A stretch of DNA of 37,439 nucleotides. Origin: an uncultured Oligoflexus sp. (lineage in GTDB: Bacteria > Bdellovibrionota_B > Oligoflexia > Oligoflexales > Oligoflexaceae). Below are positions 1 to 10,010 of the stretch, piece by piece. The position numbers were made by a program, and so were the translations under genes. The stretch's first letter is position 1. Every line of letters starts with the position of its first letter. The stretch lies in assembly GCA_964236955.1 (NCBI GenBank), contig CAXSGP010000024.1, forward strand, positions 13,885 to 51,323, written 5' to 3'. The notes beneath the pieces were generated by a model that saw nothing but the letters and a program-made list of their open reading frames with translations, did not search any database and had not been told where the DNA came from.

Positions 1-1
1 C

Positions 2-1192
2 GATGTCGTCGCCAACCTTGCGCTCCTCGAATTCTCCGAATCCGAACCCGACGGCATAGAAGACATTGCGTTGGGGGAGGATCTTGAACTCGGTGCCAAC
101 TGCACGGTCTATCAAGGCGTGGAAGGGGAAACCTTGGTGGCAAGAACCCTTCGTTTGCGCGAGGTCCAGCTTCAGGCCGGGGTCCTGACGAGCTATACCC
201 TGCCTCAGTATGTTTTGGAAATAAGGAAACCGGGCTACGGCTGGTTTGAGCCTTTGATGAGAAACGGCAAACTCGTGGGCGCCGCCATCAGCCAAAGTGG
301 AAGTTCGGTCTATGCCTTACCCGTAAGCCTTATCAGGCGCTTTGTGAAAGAATCGGCCGCAGCCGTTTATCGGGGCTTTCCAGAACTCGGCATAAGTTTT
401 AGCAGCCTGCAGTCACCGGCCCTTAGGAAATTCAGCAAGGCCGATCAGTATGAGGATGGGGTTTGGATCCAGGAAGTTAAGCCAACCTCGGCCTTCGCCA
501 AATCCCTGAAGCCGGGCGACATTCTCCTGGATTTTGATGATACGCCCGTCTCGGCCCTGGGTTCCTTCGAACATCCGTTGTGGGGTCGAATTTCCATCGT
601 TGCAAAGCTCAGTGAGATTCATGCGGGTGACTCCGTCGAAATGAAGATTCTTCGAAATGGCGAAGAAAAGTCGGTCACTGAACACATTGGCATTTATGAT
701 CCGGAGCTCGAACGCATCCCCTCCATCATTGATGCTCCTCCCAAATATTTGATTTTTGGCGGTCTCGTTATTCAGGAGCTTACGGAAGGACTGCTGCAAA
801 GTTGGGGCACGAACTGGCGCAAGCGGGCGCCGCTGGCCTATCTTTATGAAGATGCCTTTCACTCCTGGCCACAGCGGCAAGGGGCTTCCAAAGTTTTGGT
901 CCTGCAAAGGGTTCTGCCGTTGGATTACAACAAGGGCTACCACACCATGGAGGATTCTTTTGTAACAGCCGTGAACGGTATTCCCGTCACGAATCTCGAC
1001 GAGATGTCGATCGCCTTGAACAAGCCGGAAAAAGGCAAGGAACTCTATGCCCGCTTTCAGCTTGAGCCAGGCAATGAAGAGATCATTTTGAGCTACAAAG
1101 GCATCAGCAGGATCCACGCGCAGCTTCGCCAACGCTACGGAATCCCTGAAAGCGCGAAATTTTGGGAAGCGGAAAAGCTGGGCAAGGACTGA
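2..1192 (+). CDS. Deg/HtrA-like PDZ-containing protein (trypsin-like domain + 2 PDZ), 5'-truncated, protease site apparently degenerate
   Basis: The frame is open from the window start (DVVANLALL...). Motifs 'GFPELGISFSSLQSPALRK', 'LKPGDILLDFD', 'PKYLIFGGLVIQEL' and 'VTAVNGIPVTNL' match plant-Deg2-type proteases with tandem PDZ domains. Confidence 0.75.
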   Translation, partial: DVVANLALLEFSESEPDGIEDIALGEDLELGANCTVYQGVEGETLVARTLRLREVQLQAGVLTSYTLPQYVLEIRKPGYGWFEPLMRNGKLVGAAISQSGSSVYALPVSLIRRFVKESAAAVYRGFPELGISFSSLQSPALRKFSKADQYEDGVWIQEVKPTSAFAKSLKPGDILLDFDDTPVSALGSFEHPLWGRISIVAKLSEIHAGDSVEMKILRNGEEKSVTEHIGIYDPELERIPSIIDAPPKYLIFGGLVIQELTEGLLQSWGTNWRKRAPLAYLYEDAFHSWPQRQGASKVLVLQRVLPLDYNKGYHTMEDSFVTAVNGIPVTNLDEMSIALNKPEKGKELYARFQLEPGNEEIILSYKGISRIHAQLRQRYGIPESAKFWEAEKLGKD

Positions 1193-1219
1193 TGAATAGC
1201 CGAAACCTCACCGGGGGCA

Positions 1220-3598
1220 TCACGACGCTTTGCGGGTCGATTCCCTAACCATCGCCCAGCGCAGGACCAGGGTCAGCGCCATTCCCGTAGGATGTTCCGC
1301 CTTATAGGATAGAATCATTTTTTCCCAACGCCCCAGCACTTCATCGTAGACATGAAAGGTGTGGCCCTTGAAAAGGTCGAGGGAGACTTTTTTATCGAGG
1401 AAGCTCACGAGCATCTCTGGCTCCCATCGATCGCTAACGAGGATGTCGGCGATGAGATTGAGAGTCTGGACCAGCTCACTTTCATTGGTTTCCGGCATCA
1501 CACGCGCCAATGAGAAGAACGTTTCCACAACTTTGCTGATGATGAAACTGTCCGTCTTTAGATCGACTTTCATACAAGCCGATCGGATGATGGCCAGCAC
1601 TTTTAAGGCCAGGCCAATGTCCATCGCCGTACCGGGCAAGCTTGCGAGTATGAGCCAGGCCTCCTCAAAGCGGGGCTGCGATCGATCGAGACAGATTCGC
1701 TGCAGCTCCTGAATCTGCCGCAGCTCAAGCTTGTGAAGATGCTCGATATGAAAGTCCTGGCTGGGATAGCCGATCTCATGAATAACCTTTCGGGAAAAGG
1801 CTTTGAGTTCGAGTGCGTCCGGCGCCCGCACCTTACCTGATTGCTCGAGCTTGCTGGCGAGATCCATCGTCCGCAGAACCAGGTCGAGGGCCTGATCCTT
1901 GGCTTGAAATCCTTGCCATTCATAATTTCGTACTTCGTTCAAAAGCTTCTGAAAGGCATTGAACCCCCGCGCTTCCTTAAGCTCCTCTTCTATACTTTGC
2001 ACAAAGGCCGAGGTTTCGGCGGGCATCGGCAGCGGCGACAGGCGCGCTCGAATATCATCGAAATTATAGTAATGCTGAAGTCTCGGAATTAGGTTTTCAT
2101 ACTTGATGAGGAAAATTGTCGCCTCGATGATTTTGCCTGAATGATGTTCGATTTTAATGGGCAATCGTTCGATCGCGTTCATCAAATAAGGCGATTCGAT
2201 TTTGATCTGCTCGCGCGCGGTTTCGCTGACCCAGATAAAGTTTCCGAGCCACTGGGAGTTGCTTAGCTGCATAAGCACGCGCTGCCGCTGCCGGGCATTG
2301 AGATGTTCAAGGCGGATATCGAGTTGAGATTTATTCTCATCCCGAACCTGATCGATCCAACTATAATCCAGGTGGAAAAAGCCCTGGAGCCGACTGAACA
2401 GCAATTCCACCTCACCGGAATTTAGCGACAGGGCCATATCGGGGTCAAGCAGGGGCAGAAGTCTGACGAGATGTTTTAAGCGACGTTCGACCAGCGAGAG
2501 TCCATCGATATAGATAACGCTCATGATCATCATCGCTTCAATGCAGGGCGAGACTGTGGAACGCGGATCGAGAGCCAGGCTGATCTGGGAGCCGGCGGAG
2601 CTTTGAGACAGGATGCTTTTAGCAAAAGTACTTTTCACGATTTGTTCGCACTGCAGCTGCCGGGCACGATAAAGCAGGGCCGGCAGGTGGAGGCGACACT
2701 CCTCGTGGGGATCATGGTCGATCAATAAGACCGCCGTCTTCATGCCGATCCAGCTGGTGTTTTGCTTTTTTTCCACCTTGCGGGTGGGCCGTAAATCCCA
2801 AAGTTGATAGGCCCAATAAAGGGACGGGATCAGACCGAAGGATAAACCGGCCCAGAGCATCCTCGTGCCGAGCCAAGAGGCAGCCGGATAGAGGACGAGA
2901 AGAAGGGTTACCGTGAAAACCTGAAGGACCGCGACGGACCAGTGCAGGGAATAAAAGATTTTCCCTGATTTGCTGAGTTGACCGGGGCTCAGCGTTCCGC
3001 CGTCCACCTCCACGCCCTGAATCTTTTTTAAATACTGCTGAAGGGAAAAGAGCAGGGGATGAATGACGATGAGCAGGCTTGTATCGCGCCAGGTTTCCAA
3101 AACCGCCCGTTCCAGTCCAATGAACGCCACTCGTCCATGGTTGTTGAAGATGAGGATAGCCGCGATCGCCCCGACTCCAGCTAGTAGCGATGATTCATCG
3201 GATTTAGCCAGTAGCGCATTCATCACTCGATAGATCGTCAGCAACCAGGCGAACAGCACGAAACAAATGAGTGAATACATAGTTTCTGCGGAGTAGGGCT
3301 GGAAGAGTATGTGATTTTGCAAGGCAAGCAGGGCCATACCAAACAGACTTTGGCTTACATAGAGATTGGTACCGGGAGGAAAGGAGCCTCGCCTGACGAC
3401 AATGGCGAAAATCAAGGCAAAGGTGCTGAGCCCGATGGCATAAGCGAAAGTATTGGAGACGAAGAAGAGGTCCTGGAGCGGAGCCTCTCCATATTGATCG
3501 GAAACGAAGACGCTCATTGCCACGCCGAAGACTGTCGCCATAAGTATGCTTATGGCCACAACTAATGCATCGGGATGGGGACGGAGCGACCGCTTCAT
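1220..3598 (-). CDS. Membrane protein: N-terminal multi-TM region + degenerate class III nucleotide-cyclase-like domain + helical C-terminus
   Basis: 792-aa ORF with ~7-8 hydrophobic segments in the first ~270 aa. It starts 2 nt after the stop of the kinase gene. Cyclase-like motifs are weak. Confidence 0.6.
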   Translation of the reverse strand: MKRSLRPHPDALVVAISILMATVFGVAMSVFVSDQYGEAPLQDLFFVSNTFAYAIGLSTFALIFAIVVRRGSFPPGTNLYVSQSLFGMALLALQNHILFQPYSAETMYSLICFVLFAWLLTIYRVMNALLAKSDESSLLAGVGAIAAILIFNNHGRVAFIGLERAVLETWRDTSLLIVIHPLLFSLQQYLKKIQGVEVDGGTLSPGQLSKSGKIFYSLHWSVAVLQVFTVTLLLVLYPAASWLGTRMLWAGLSFGLIPSLYWAYQLWDLRPTRKVEKKQNTSWIGMKTAVLLIDHDPHEECRLHLPALLYRARQLQCEQIVKSTFAKSILSQSSAGSQISLALDPRSTVSPCIEAMMIMSVIYIDGLSLVERRLKHLVRLLPLLDPDMALSLNSGEVELLFSRLQGFFHLDYSWIDQVRDENKSQLDIRLEHLNARQRQRVLMQLSNSQWLGNFIWVSETAREQIKIESPYLMNAIERLPIKIEHHSGKIIEATIFLIKYENLIPRLQHYYNFDDIRARLSPLPMPAETSAFVQSIEEELKEARGFNAFQKLLNEVRNYEWQGFQAKDQALDLVLRTMDLASKLEQSGKVRAPDALELKAFSRKVIHEIGYPSQDFHIEHLHKLELRQIQELQRICLDRSQPRFEEAWLILASLPGTAMDIGLALKVLAIIRSACMKVDLKTDSFIISKVVETFFSLARVMPETNESELVQTLNLIADILVSDRWEPEMLVSFLDKKVSLDLFKGHTFHVYDEVLGRWEKMILSYKAEHPTGMALTLVLRWAMVRESTRKAS

Positions 3599-3600
3599 GT

Positions 3601-4740
3601 TCAGCTAACCTCACGCAGAGCCAGGGGGACCGGGAAGTATAGGGAGAAGGTCGTCCCCTTACGAAGTTTACTGCGAACCTCTATTTTGCCGCCAAGCTCT
3701 TCAATGATGCCGTGACAGATGGAGAGCCCCAGTCCGGTGCCTTCGCCTTCGGCTTTGCTTGTGAAGAAAGGATCAAAGATCTTCTTGAGGTGAGCTGCCG
3801 GAATACCTAAGCCCGAATCCTCGATTTCGATAACATTCCAGAGAGCATCGCTGGTTGTAAACGATCGCAGGGTCAAACGACCGCCATTCGGCATCGCCTG
3901 CAAAGCGTTTTGGATGAGGTTAAGAAAGACCTGGATGATCTTATTGCGATTGCCGGAAGTTTTCATATCCACTGCGGGATCGATTTTTTCAATGATTTCA
4001 AAACGATTGGCTTTGCCCCCAGCCGTCGAAAATCGAAGAGCGGCGGCCAGTGCCTCATGAAGGGAAATTGTCTCCCTCACCTCACCCGAGACCACCGGTT
4101 GCTGGCGGGCGAAGTCGAGGAGATTATCGACGATGGCTTTGCAGCGCTTCGCGGCGTTCTCAATCTCTTCGACGTCTTGATAATAGACACTCTCTTTGCT
4201 CACGGTGCGAAGGAGCATCTGTGAAAAAAGTAGAATACCAGCAAGGGGGTTGTTAAGTTCGTGAGCTATGCCTCCGGCCAGCAATCCGATAGATGCCAGC
4301 TTTTCCGTTTGAATTAACTGACTCTGCAGTTGTTTGGCAAGGGTCCGGTCGCGATAAATGTGCAGCGATCCCTCGATAATGCCGTTCATATCAAAGATAG
4401 GCTGAGTCGCGACTTCATAGTAGCGATTATCGACAGCATTAAGTTCGAAGGTTTGCGTGGTCTCGGTACTGATACTCTCCTGCAGTTTGCATCCCGGGCA
4501 GGGGCTGTCGCGCCCGGCGAACATTTTATAGCAGTGACTGCCGACGACCTTCTTAATATCTTTACCAGCGACTTTAGCCAGAGCCCTGTTAGCCTGTATC
4601 ACCCGATAATCTTTATCGATTAGCATAAGGGGATCGACTATGGCGTCGACAGTTGCCATCCACCGTCGCTTGACGCCCTCGATGAATTCCAAAGACTGTT
4701 CCTGGTCTATTTTGGTTTTGTTCTTAACCGCTCTCGCCAT
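3601..4740 (-). CDS. Cytoplasmic PAS-domain sensor histidine kinase (NtrB-like)
   Basis: PAS region with 'CYKMF...PCPGC', H-box 'EKLASIGLLAGGIAHELNNPL', N-box 'QVFLNLIQNALQAM', G1 'DSGLGI', F 'IFDPFFTSK', G2 'GTGLGLSIC'. Confidence 0.95.
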   Translation of the reverse strand: MARAVKNKTKIDQEQSLEFIEGVKRRWMATVDAIVDPLMLIDKDYRVIQANRALAKVAGKDIKKVVGSHCYKMFAGRDSPCPGCKLQESISTETTQTFELNAVDNRYYEVATQPIFDMNGIIEGSLHIYRDRTLAKQLQSQLIQTEKLASIGLLAGGIAHELNNPLAGILLFSQMLLRTVSKESVYYQDVEEIENAAKRCKAIVDNLLDFARQQPVVSGEVRETISLHEALAAALRFSTAGGKANRFEIIEKIDPAVDMKTSGNRNKIIQVFLNLIQNALQAMPNGGRLTLRSFTTSDALWNVIEIEDSGLGIPAAHLKKIFDPFFTSKAEGEGTGLGLSICHGIIEELGGKIEVRSKLRKGTTFSLYFPVPLALREVS

Positions 4741-4788
4741 TCTCTTCTACGTCCTCTCTCGCTCTCAGTTCAAGTTCTCGCAAAGGGC

Positions 4789-4815
4789 CTATCGGTGATG
4801 TGGGATAAGGATTGA
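4789..4815 (-). promoter_or_regulatory. Candidate sigma28 (FliA)-type promoter for the PAS kinase operon
   Basis: The minus strand reads TCAAT-N14-ACCGATAG, ~50 nt upstream of the ATG at 4740. Confidence 0.5.
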
Positions 4816-4855
4816 CGGGTAGAAATTGCCTCTGTGTAAATATAATAATGGGGAC

Positions 4856-4882
4856 AAAAAAAAAGGCACCCTGGGGTGCCTT
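4856..4882 (-). terminator. Intrinsic terminator downstream of lon
   Basis: Minus strand: AAGGCACC-ccag-GGTGCCTT followed by a T run. Confidence 0.85.
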
Positions 4883-5004
4883 CCAAATGTCTAAAAGAGT
4901 TGAACATGATCTCAAAACCTGGCGATTTCATTGCCTTTTTCAAATTCTTGCTGATACGCGGCTAGGCCAGGGGCCCAAGCCGGTCATTGCCATCAATCCA
5001 TCGA

Positions 5005-7542
5005 TCAATGAGCAAAAGAAAGTTGGTGGGTTTCCGCTTCCGTGACTTTTTTGAGTTTCTCAAACAGCTCATCCTGTTCCGAATCCACGGCATCGGGGTG
5101 TTTCCAGACCAGGGCATGCATGAGGACGTGATCCATATGCTCAACGGGGACTATGGTCAGGTCTTTCAAGATGCTTTTTGGCAAATCGTGCAAGTCCTTC
5201 TCATTTTCCTTTGGCAAGATGATCTTACGAATCCCGCCACGGTGAGCCGCGATGATCTTCTCCTTCAATCCACCGATGGGAAGCACGCGGCCACGGAGGG
5301 TGATTTCACCCGTCATCGCCACATCCTTCGATACGGGTCTTGAGGTCAGGGCACTTGTCAAAGCCGTCGCCATGCAGATGCCGGCGCTGGGTCCATCCTT
5401 AGGGATAGCACCTTCGGGCACGTGGATGTGAATATCGACTTTGGTATAGAAATCTTCGGCGATATTGAGAAACTTAGAGCGCGATCGAACATAGCTGAGG
5501 GCAGCTTGCGCTGATTCCTGCATGACCGATCCAAGTTTCCCGGTGATGTTGAGTTTGCCGTTACCCGGAAGGACTGCAACTTCACAGACCAGTAGGTCTC
5601 CGCCTACTTCCGTCCAAGCCATACCTGTACACATACCGATTTCGTTGTGGCTGTTTTGATAGCCAATACGATATTTACGGGGTCCCAGGTATTTGTTCAC
5701 GCTTTTTTCAGTGATTTTCTCTGAAATCTGGTCTTTCACCAGGATCACTTTTTCTTTCAGCGGCTTGATGTCTTTGGAGTCCTTGGAATCTTTCTCTTTG
5801 GCCTTAAGTTCGACATGAGCGTCACCCTCGACCTTCCGCATGTACTTGCGTGCCACCTTACGGAAAACCGACGAAATTTCGCGCTCGAGGTTACGGACAC
5901 CCGATTCACGGGTGTAGTAGCGAATCAGCTCCTGTACCGCCTTCACTCCAAAACTAAGGTCCTGATTCTCAAGGCCGTTGTCTTTTTGTGTTTTTGGAAT
6001 GAGATACTGATTGGCAATCGAAAGTTTTTCTTCCTCGGTGTAGCCGGCGAGGTAGATCACTTCCATACGATCGAGCAAGGGTCGCGGTATCGTGTGGAGG
6101 GAGTTCGCGGTCGCAAGGAAGAGCACCTTCGACAGATCGTAATCGATGTCCAGGTAGTGATCGTTAAAGGTATGATTTTGCTCAGGATCGAGGACTTCGA
6201 GGAGAGCAGCCGAAGGGTCGCCACGGAAGTCCTGCGAAAGCTTGTCAATCTCATCGAGGAGAATGACCGGATTGGATTTTCCTGCCTTCTTGATCGCCTG
6301 AATGATCTTCCCGGGCATGGAACCAATATAGGTCCGACGGTGCCCACGAATCTCCGCCTCATCTCGAACACCACCCAGAGCCACACGCACGAAACGACGG
6401 CCGGTAGCGGTAGCCACAGAGCGTGCCAGAGAGGTCTTGCCAACCCCCGGGGGTCCCACGAGACAAAGGATAGGGCCCTTCATATCATCAACAAGGGTGC
6501 GAACCGATAGATATTCAAGGATACGATCCTTGACCTTTTCAAGACCGTAATGGTCCCGATTCAAAACATCTTCTGCGAAAAGAGTATCGCGAATATCTTC
6601 CGATGGATCGTTCCAAGGGAGGGATACGATCGTGTCGACATAGTTGCGAACAACTGTGGCTTCGGCCGACATCGGCGACATATGCTTGAGTTTTCGGACT
6701 TCTTTATTCAATTTTTCACGAACATCATCGGGGAGCTTCTTGTTTTTAACAAGATTTTCCAGATCGCTGATCTCCGAGCGGCCATCGTCACGGTCGCCGA
6801 GTTCCTTCTGAATCGCCTGCATCTGTTCGTTGAGGTAGTACTCTTTCTGGGTTTTTTCCATCTGACGCTTCACGCGGGCGCGAATCTTCTTTTCGACGCG
6901 CATGATTTCGATTTCAGACTGGATATAGCCGTAGAGATCCTCCAGACGCTTCGCGGGGTTGGTCTCTTCGAGCAGCCTTTGCTTGTCCTGGAGCTTTAGA
7001 TTGCTGAGATGGGCGACCAGGGTGTCGGCAAGCTTGGATTCGTCTTCCATCGAGGCGATGGACAAGAGCATTTCCGGGGGAATACGTTTGTTGAGACGAA
7101 CATAGTTGTCAAAGGCCATCTTGATGGTACGCACCAGTGCTTCGTTTTCAAGCCCTTTGCCGCGCTGCTCAGGCAAGGTCTCGGCATTCACTTGAAAGAA
7201 TTCTTCAGTTTGAACGAAGTCTACAATTCGGGCGCGACGCTGACCCTCGACCAGGACTTTGACCGTACCGTCTGGTAGGCGAAGGAGCTGGAGTATCGTC
7301 GAGATCGTTCCGATGTTGTAGATATCTTCAGGCGCGGGTTCATTGGTCTTGGCTTTAATCTGCGCGGCGAGGAGAATCTCTTTGCTTCCGTTCATGGCCT
7401 GTTCCAGGGCTTGAATCGACTTTTCCCGTCCAACAAACAGAGGTACTACCGTAGATGGGAAAACTAGAATATCCCTCAGAGGAAGCAGCGGTATTCTCAC
7501 GGTATCCGGCTTCGATGTTGCATCCTTAGACTCATCCGACAT
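5005..7542 (-). CDS. lon: ATP-dependent Lon protease
   Basis: 'PLLPLRD' N-domain, Walker A 'GPPGVGKTS', Walker B 'ILLDEIDK', catalytic 'PKDGPSAG' and 'IGGLKEK'. RBS AGGAGG upstream. Confidence 0.99.
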   Translation of the reverse strand: MSDESKDATSKPDTVRIPLLPLRDILVFPSTVVPLFVGREKSIQALEQAMNGSKEILLAAQIKAKTNEPAPEDIYNIGTISTILQLLRLPDGTVKVLVEGQRRARIVDFVQTEEFFQVNAETLPEQRGKGLENEALVRTIKMAFDNYVRLNKRIPPEMLLSIASMEDESKLADTLVAHLSNLKLQDKQRLLEETNPAKRLEDLYGYIQSEIEIMRVEKKIRARVKRQMEKTQKEYYLNEQMQAIQKELGDRDDGRSEISDLENLVKNKKLPDDVREKLNKEVRKLKHMSPMSAEATVVRNYVDTIVSLPWNDPSEDIRDTLFAEDVLNRDHYGLEKVKDRILEYLSVRTLVDDMKGPILCLVGPPGVGKTSLARSVATATGRRFVRVALGGVRDEAEIRGHRRTYIGSMPGKIIQAIKKAGKSNPVILLDEIDKLSQDFRGDPSAALLEVLDPEQNHTFNDHYLDIDYDLSKVLFLATANSLHTIPRPLLDRMEVIYLAGYTEEEKLSIANQYLIPKTQKDNGLENQDLSFGVKAVQELIRYYTRESGVRNLEREISSVFRKVARKYMRKVEGDAHVELKAKEKDSKDSKDIKPLKEKVILVKDQISEKITEKSVNKYLGPRKYRIGYQNSHNEIGMCTGMAWTEVGGDLLVCEVAVLPGNGKLNITGKLGSVMQESAQAALSYVRSRSKFLNIAEDFYTKVDIHIHVPEGAIPKDGPSAGICMATALTSALTSRPVSKDVAMTGEITLRGRVLPIGGLKEKIIAAHRGGIRKIILPKENEKDLHDLPKSILKDLTIVPVEHMDHVLMHALVWKHPDAVDSEQDELFEKLKKVTEAETHQLSFAH

Positions 7543-7688
7543 ACGCTGTTGCCTCCTCGTGAGTACTCTGCGGCATCAACTAGGCGCAAAACCTAGTAAA
7601 CACTAATGTAGCTTTTTGGTGATCTCATTTATTTATCTTAGCGTAACAAAAAAGAGGAAGACAGTGTTTATTATCAAAGGTGAAATGC

Positions 7689-7712
7689 AAAAAGACTCTT
7701 TCGAGTCTTTTT
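7689..7712 (-). terminator. Intrinsic (potentially bidirectional) terminator after clpX
   Basis: Perfect inverted repeat AAAAAGACTC-tttc-GAGTCTTTTT, with a GAAA tetraloop on the minus strand. Confidence 0.8.
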
Positions 7713-7767
7713 AACAGGGGAAATATCTATATCTGAAGGTTAAAACATAACTTCTGGAACGGTAGAC

Positions 7768-9072
7768 TCACGTTCCGCCCGTACCGAATTCACGTTCCTT
7801 GGATTCCTTGACGGCGGCCGCGCTGTTAAACGCATTCATCTCTTCGGGAGTCCGGTAAACGATGATGGCCTGAGCACCGTTGAGGATAAGCTCCTCGGTG
7901 ATGACCACTTCTTTGATCGATTTTTCTGATGGAATTTCGTACATGATCTCAAGCATCGATTCTTCGAGGATAGCCCGAAGCCCTCGGGCCCCGGTTTTGC
8001 GCTTGATCGCTTCCTGAACGACAGCCCGCAGGGCACCATCACTGAACTTCAAGGCTACGCTTTCAAAATCAAAGAGTTTTTGGAACTGCTTGATAATGGC
8101 GTTCTTGGGTTTGGTAAGAATGTCGATCATCGCTTCTTCAGTCAGTTGAGCCAAGGAGCAAATAACCGGCAAACGACCAATAAATTCAGGAATAAGGCCA
8201 AACTTTGCCAAATCGCCCGTCGTCACCTTGTTGAGAAGGTCGGTAACATTGCGTTCGCGTTTCGAGAGGATCTCGGCGCCGAAACCCAGAGATGAGGTTT
8301 CGATACGTTGAGCAACAATGTCTTCGAGGCCAGCAAAAGCTCCACCGCAAATGAACAACACGTTGGATGTATCGACCTGAAGAAATTCCTGCTGCGGGTG
8401 TTTACGGCCTCCGCGGGGAGGGACGTTTGCAATCGTGCCCTCGATGATTTTGAGTAGGGCCTGTTGAACCCCTTCACCGGACACGTCACGGGTAATCGAT
8501 GGATTATCCCCCTTACGAGCGATCTTATCGATCTCATCGATATACGCAATCCCACGCTGCGCAAGCTCCACATCGTAATCAGCATTCTGCAAAAGGTTGA
8601 GAATGATGTTTTCAACATCTTCGCCGACATAACCCGCTTCGGTTAGGTTGGTCGCATCGGAGATTGTGAAGGGTACATTGAGGATACGGGCGAGCGTCTG
8701 AGCCAGCAAAGTCTTGCCACTGCCGGTCGGGCCGATCAGCAGAATGTTCGACTTGGTAAGCTCGATCTCGTCCTGGGACGTCTTATGGTCGATCCGTTTA
8801 TAGTGGTTATGCACCGCAACCGAGAGAATCTTCTTGGCTCGATCCTGACCGATTACGTATTCATCAAGAATACGCTTGATGTCTTTTGGATTCGGTATCT
8901 TATTGCTCGGGTTCAGAAGCTCTTCTTTTTCAACTTCTTCAGCGATTATATCGTTGCATAGTTGAATACACTCGTCGCAGATATAGACGTTCGGACCTGC
9001 AATAAGCTTTTTGACTTCTTTTTGACCTTTGCCACAGAAGCTGCAATGCAGGCCGCTGTCTTTGCTGGCCAT
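7768..9072 (-). CDS. clpX: ATP-dependent Clp protease ATP-binding subunit ClpX
   Basis: Zn finger 'CSFCGK...ICDECIQLC', Walker A 'GPTGSGKT', '[14 protein letters not shown]', RKH loop, IGF-like 'LGF' loop. Confidence 0.99.
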   Translation of the reverse strand: MASKDSGLHCSFCGKGQKEVKKLIAGPNVYICDECIQLCNDIIAEEVEKEELLNPSNKIPNPKDIKRILDEYVIGQDRAKKILSVAVHNHYKRIDHKTSQDEIELTKSNILLIGPTGSGKTLLAQTLARILNVPFTISDATNLTEAGYVGEDVENIILNLLQNADYDVELAQRGIAYIDEIDKIARKGDNPSITRDVSGEGVQQALLKIIEGTIANVPPRGGRKHPQQEFLQVDTSNVLFICGGAFAGLEDIVAQRIETSSLGFGAEILSKRERNVTDLLNKVTTGDLAKFGLIPEFIGRLPVICSLAQLTEEAMIDILTKPKNAIIKQFQKLFDFESVALKFSDGALRAVVQEAIKRKTGARGLRAILEESMLEIMYEIPSEKSIKEVVITEELILNGAQAIIVYRTPEEMNAFNSAAAVKESKEREFGTGGT

Positions 9073-9161
9073 ACGATATCTCCTTAAGGATCTGCTTCAA
9101 AAGGAAATCACGCCCTTAAACAAGGCGCGACACTTTAGACACATTGTTGATGAAATCTCGC

Positions 9162-9764
9162 TTAGCTCTTTTTGGGCAACTTCTTAGCTGGTGCAATAAT
9201 ATGATCCACCATTCCGTATTCTTTGGCTTGTTCCGCAGTCATAAAGAAGTCGCGATCGATGTCGCGTTTGATGCGATCTTCGGTCTGACCTGTATGGCGA
9301 GACAAGATGGAGATCATGCGGGCCTTGGTCTTGATGATTTCCTGAGCATGGATATCGATGTCAGTCGCCTGCCCACCGGCACCGCCAAGAGGCTGATGCA
9401 ACATCACGCTGGCATTCGGCAGAATATGCCGTTTACCCTCGGATCCGGCTGCCAGGAGCCATGCCCCCATGCTTGCGCATTGACCGATACAGTAGGTTCG
9501 AACATCAGGCCGTATGAGTTGCATACAGTCGTAAATAGCCATCCCTGCGGTAATCGATCCGCCAGGCGTATTTATATAGAAGCTGATGTCTTTCTCGGGA
9601 TCGACACTTTCCAGGTAGAGCAGCTGGGCCACGATTACGTTTGCGATCTCGTCGTAAACGGGAGACCCCAACATCACGATCCGTTCCTGAAGCAAGCGGG
9701 AATAGATATCCCACGAACGCTCGCCGCGGTTTGTTTGCTCAACGACAACAGGTATGAGCGCCAT
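9162..9764 (-). CDS. clpP: ATP-dependent Clp protease proteolytic subunit ClpP
   Basis: 'DIYSRLL', 'YINTPGG', catalytic 'ASMG', 'MLHQP', 'DRDFFM'. Confidence 0.99.
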   Translation of the reverse strand: MALIPVVVEQTNRGERSWDIYSRLLQERIVMLGSPVYDEIANVIVAQLLYLESVDPEKDISFYINTPGGSITAGMAIYDCMQLIRPDVRTYCIGQCASMGAWLLAAGSEGKRHILPNASVMLHQPLGGAGGQATDIDIHAQEIIKTKARMISILSRHTGQTEDRIKRDIDRDFFMTAEQAKEYGMVDHIIAPAKKLPKKS

Positions 9765-9934
9765 TGCAACATCCTTATACGCTACTTGGGTTTACGCTTT
9801 CGTGTATTGAGCTACAATTTTCTTTGCAGTTGTCAATACATACATCTCTAACTTAAGACACATCCTGTTCAAACACAAGGTGCTTCCTAAGTACGGACGC
9901 TGACGACTTAGATGAATTCTTATAAAAGGGAATG

Positions 9935-9977
9935 AAAAAAATCCCCTCTGACAAGTATTTCGATGCCAGAGGAGATT
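9935..9977 (-). terminator. Intrinsic terminator after tig
   Basis: Minus strand: AATCTCCTCTGGCA-loop-TGTCAGAGGGGATT-TTTTT. This is a 14-bp stem whose two apparent mismatches are G-U pairs only on the minus strand. Confidence 0.75.
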
Positions 9978-10010
9978 ATAGCAGAAGTATCGTTAATAAT
10001 TCAGCAATTG

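Noticed and set aside
4812..4846. Plus-strand TTGACG ... TATAAT as a sigma70 promoter
   Set aside because: The spacer is 23 nt and no plus-strand gene follows. The sequence is better explained by the minus-strand sigma28-like site.
4987..9851. Long plus-strand ORFs (e.g. 5815-6510, 6550-6999, 9144-9851) opposite lon/clpX/clpP
   Set aside because: These are antisense shadow frames of well-conserved genes, with no recognisable motifs or RBS.
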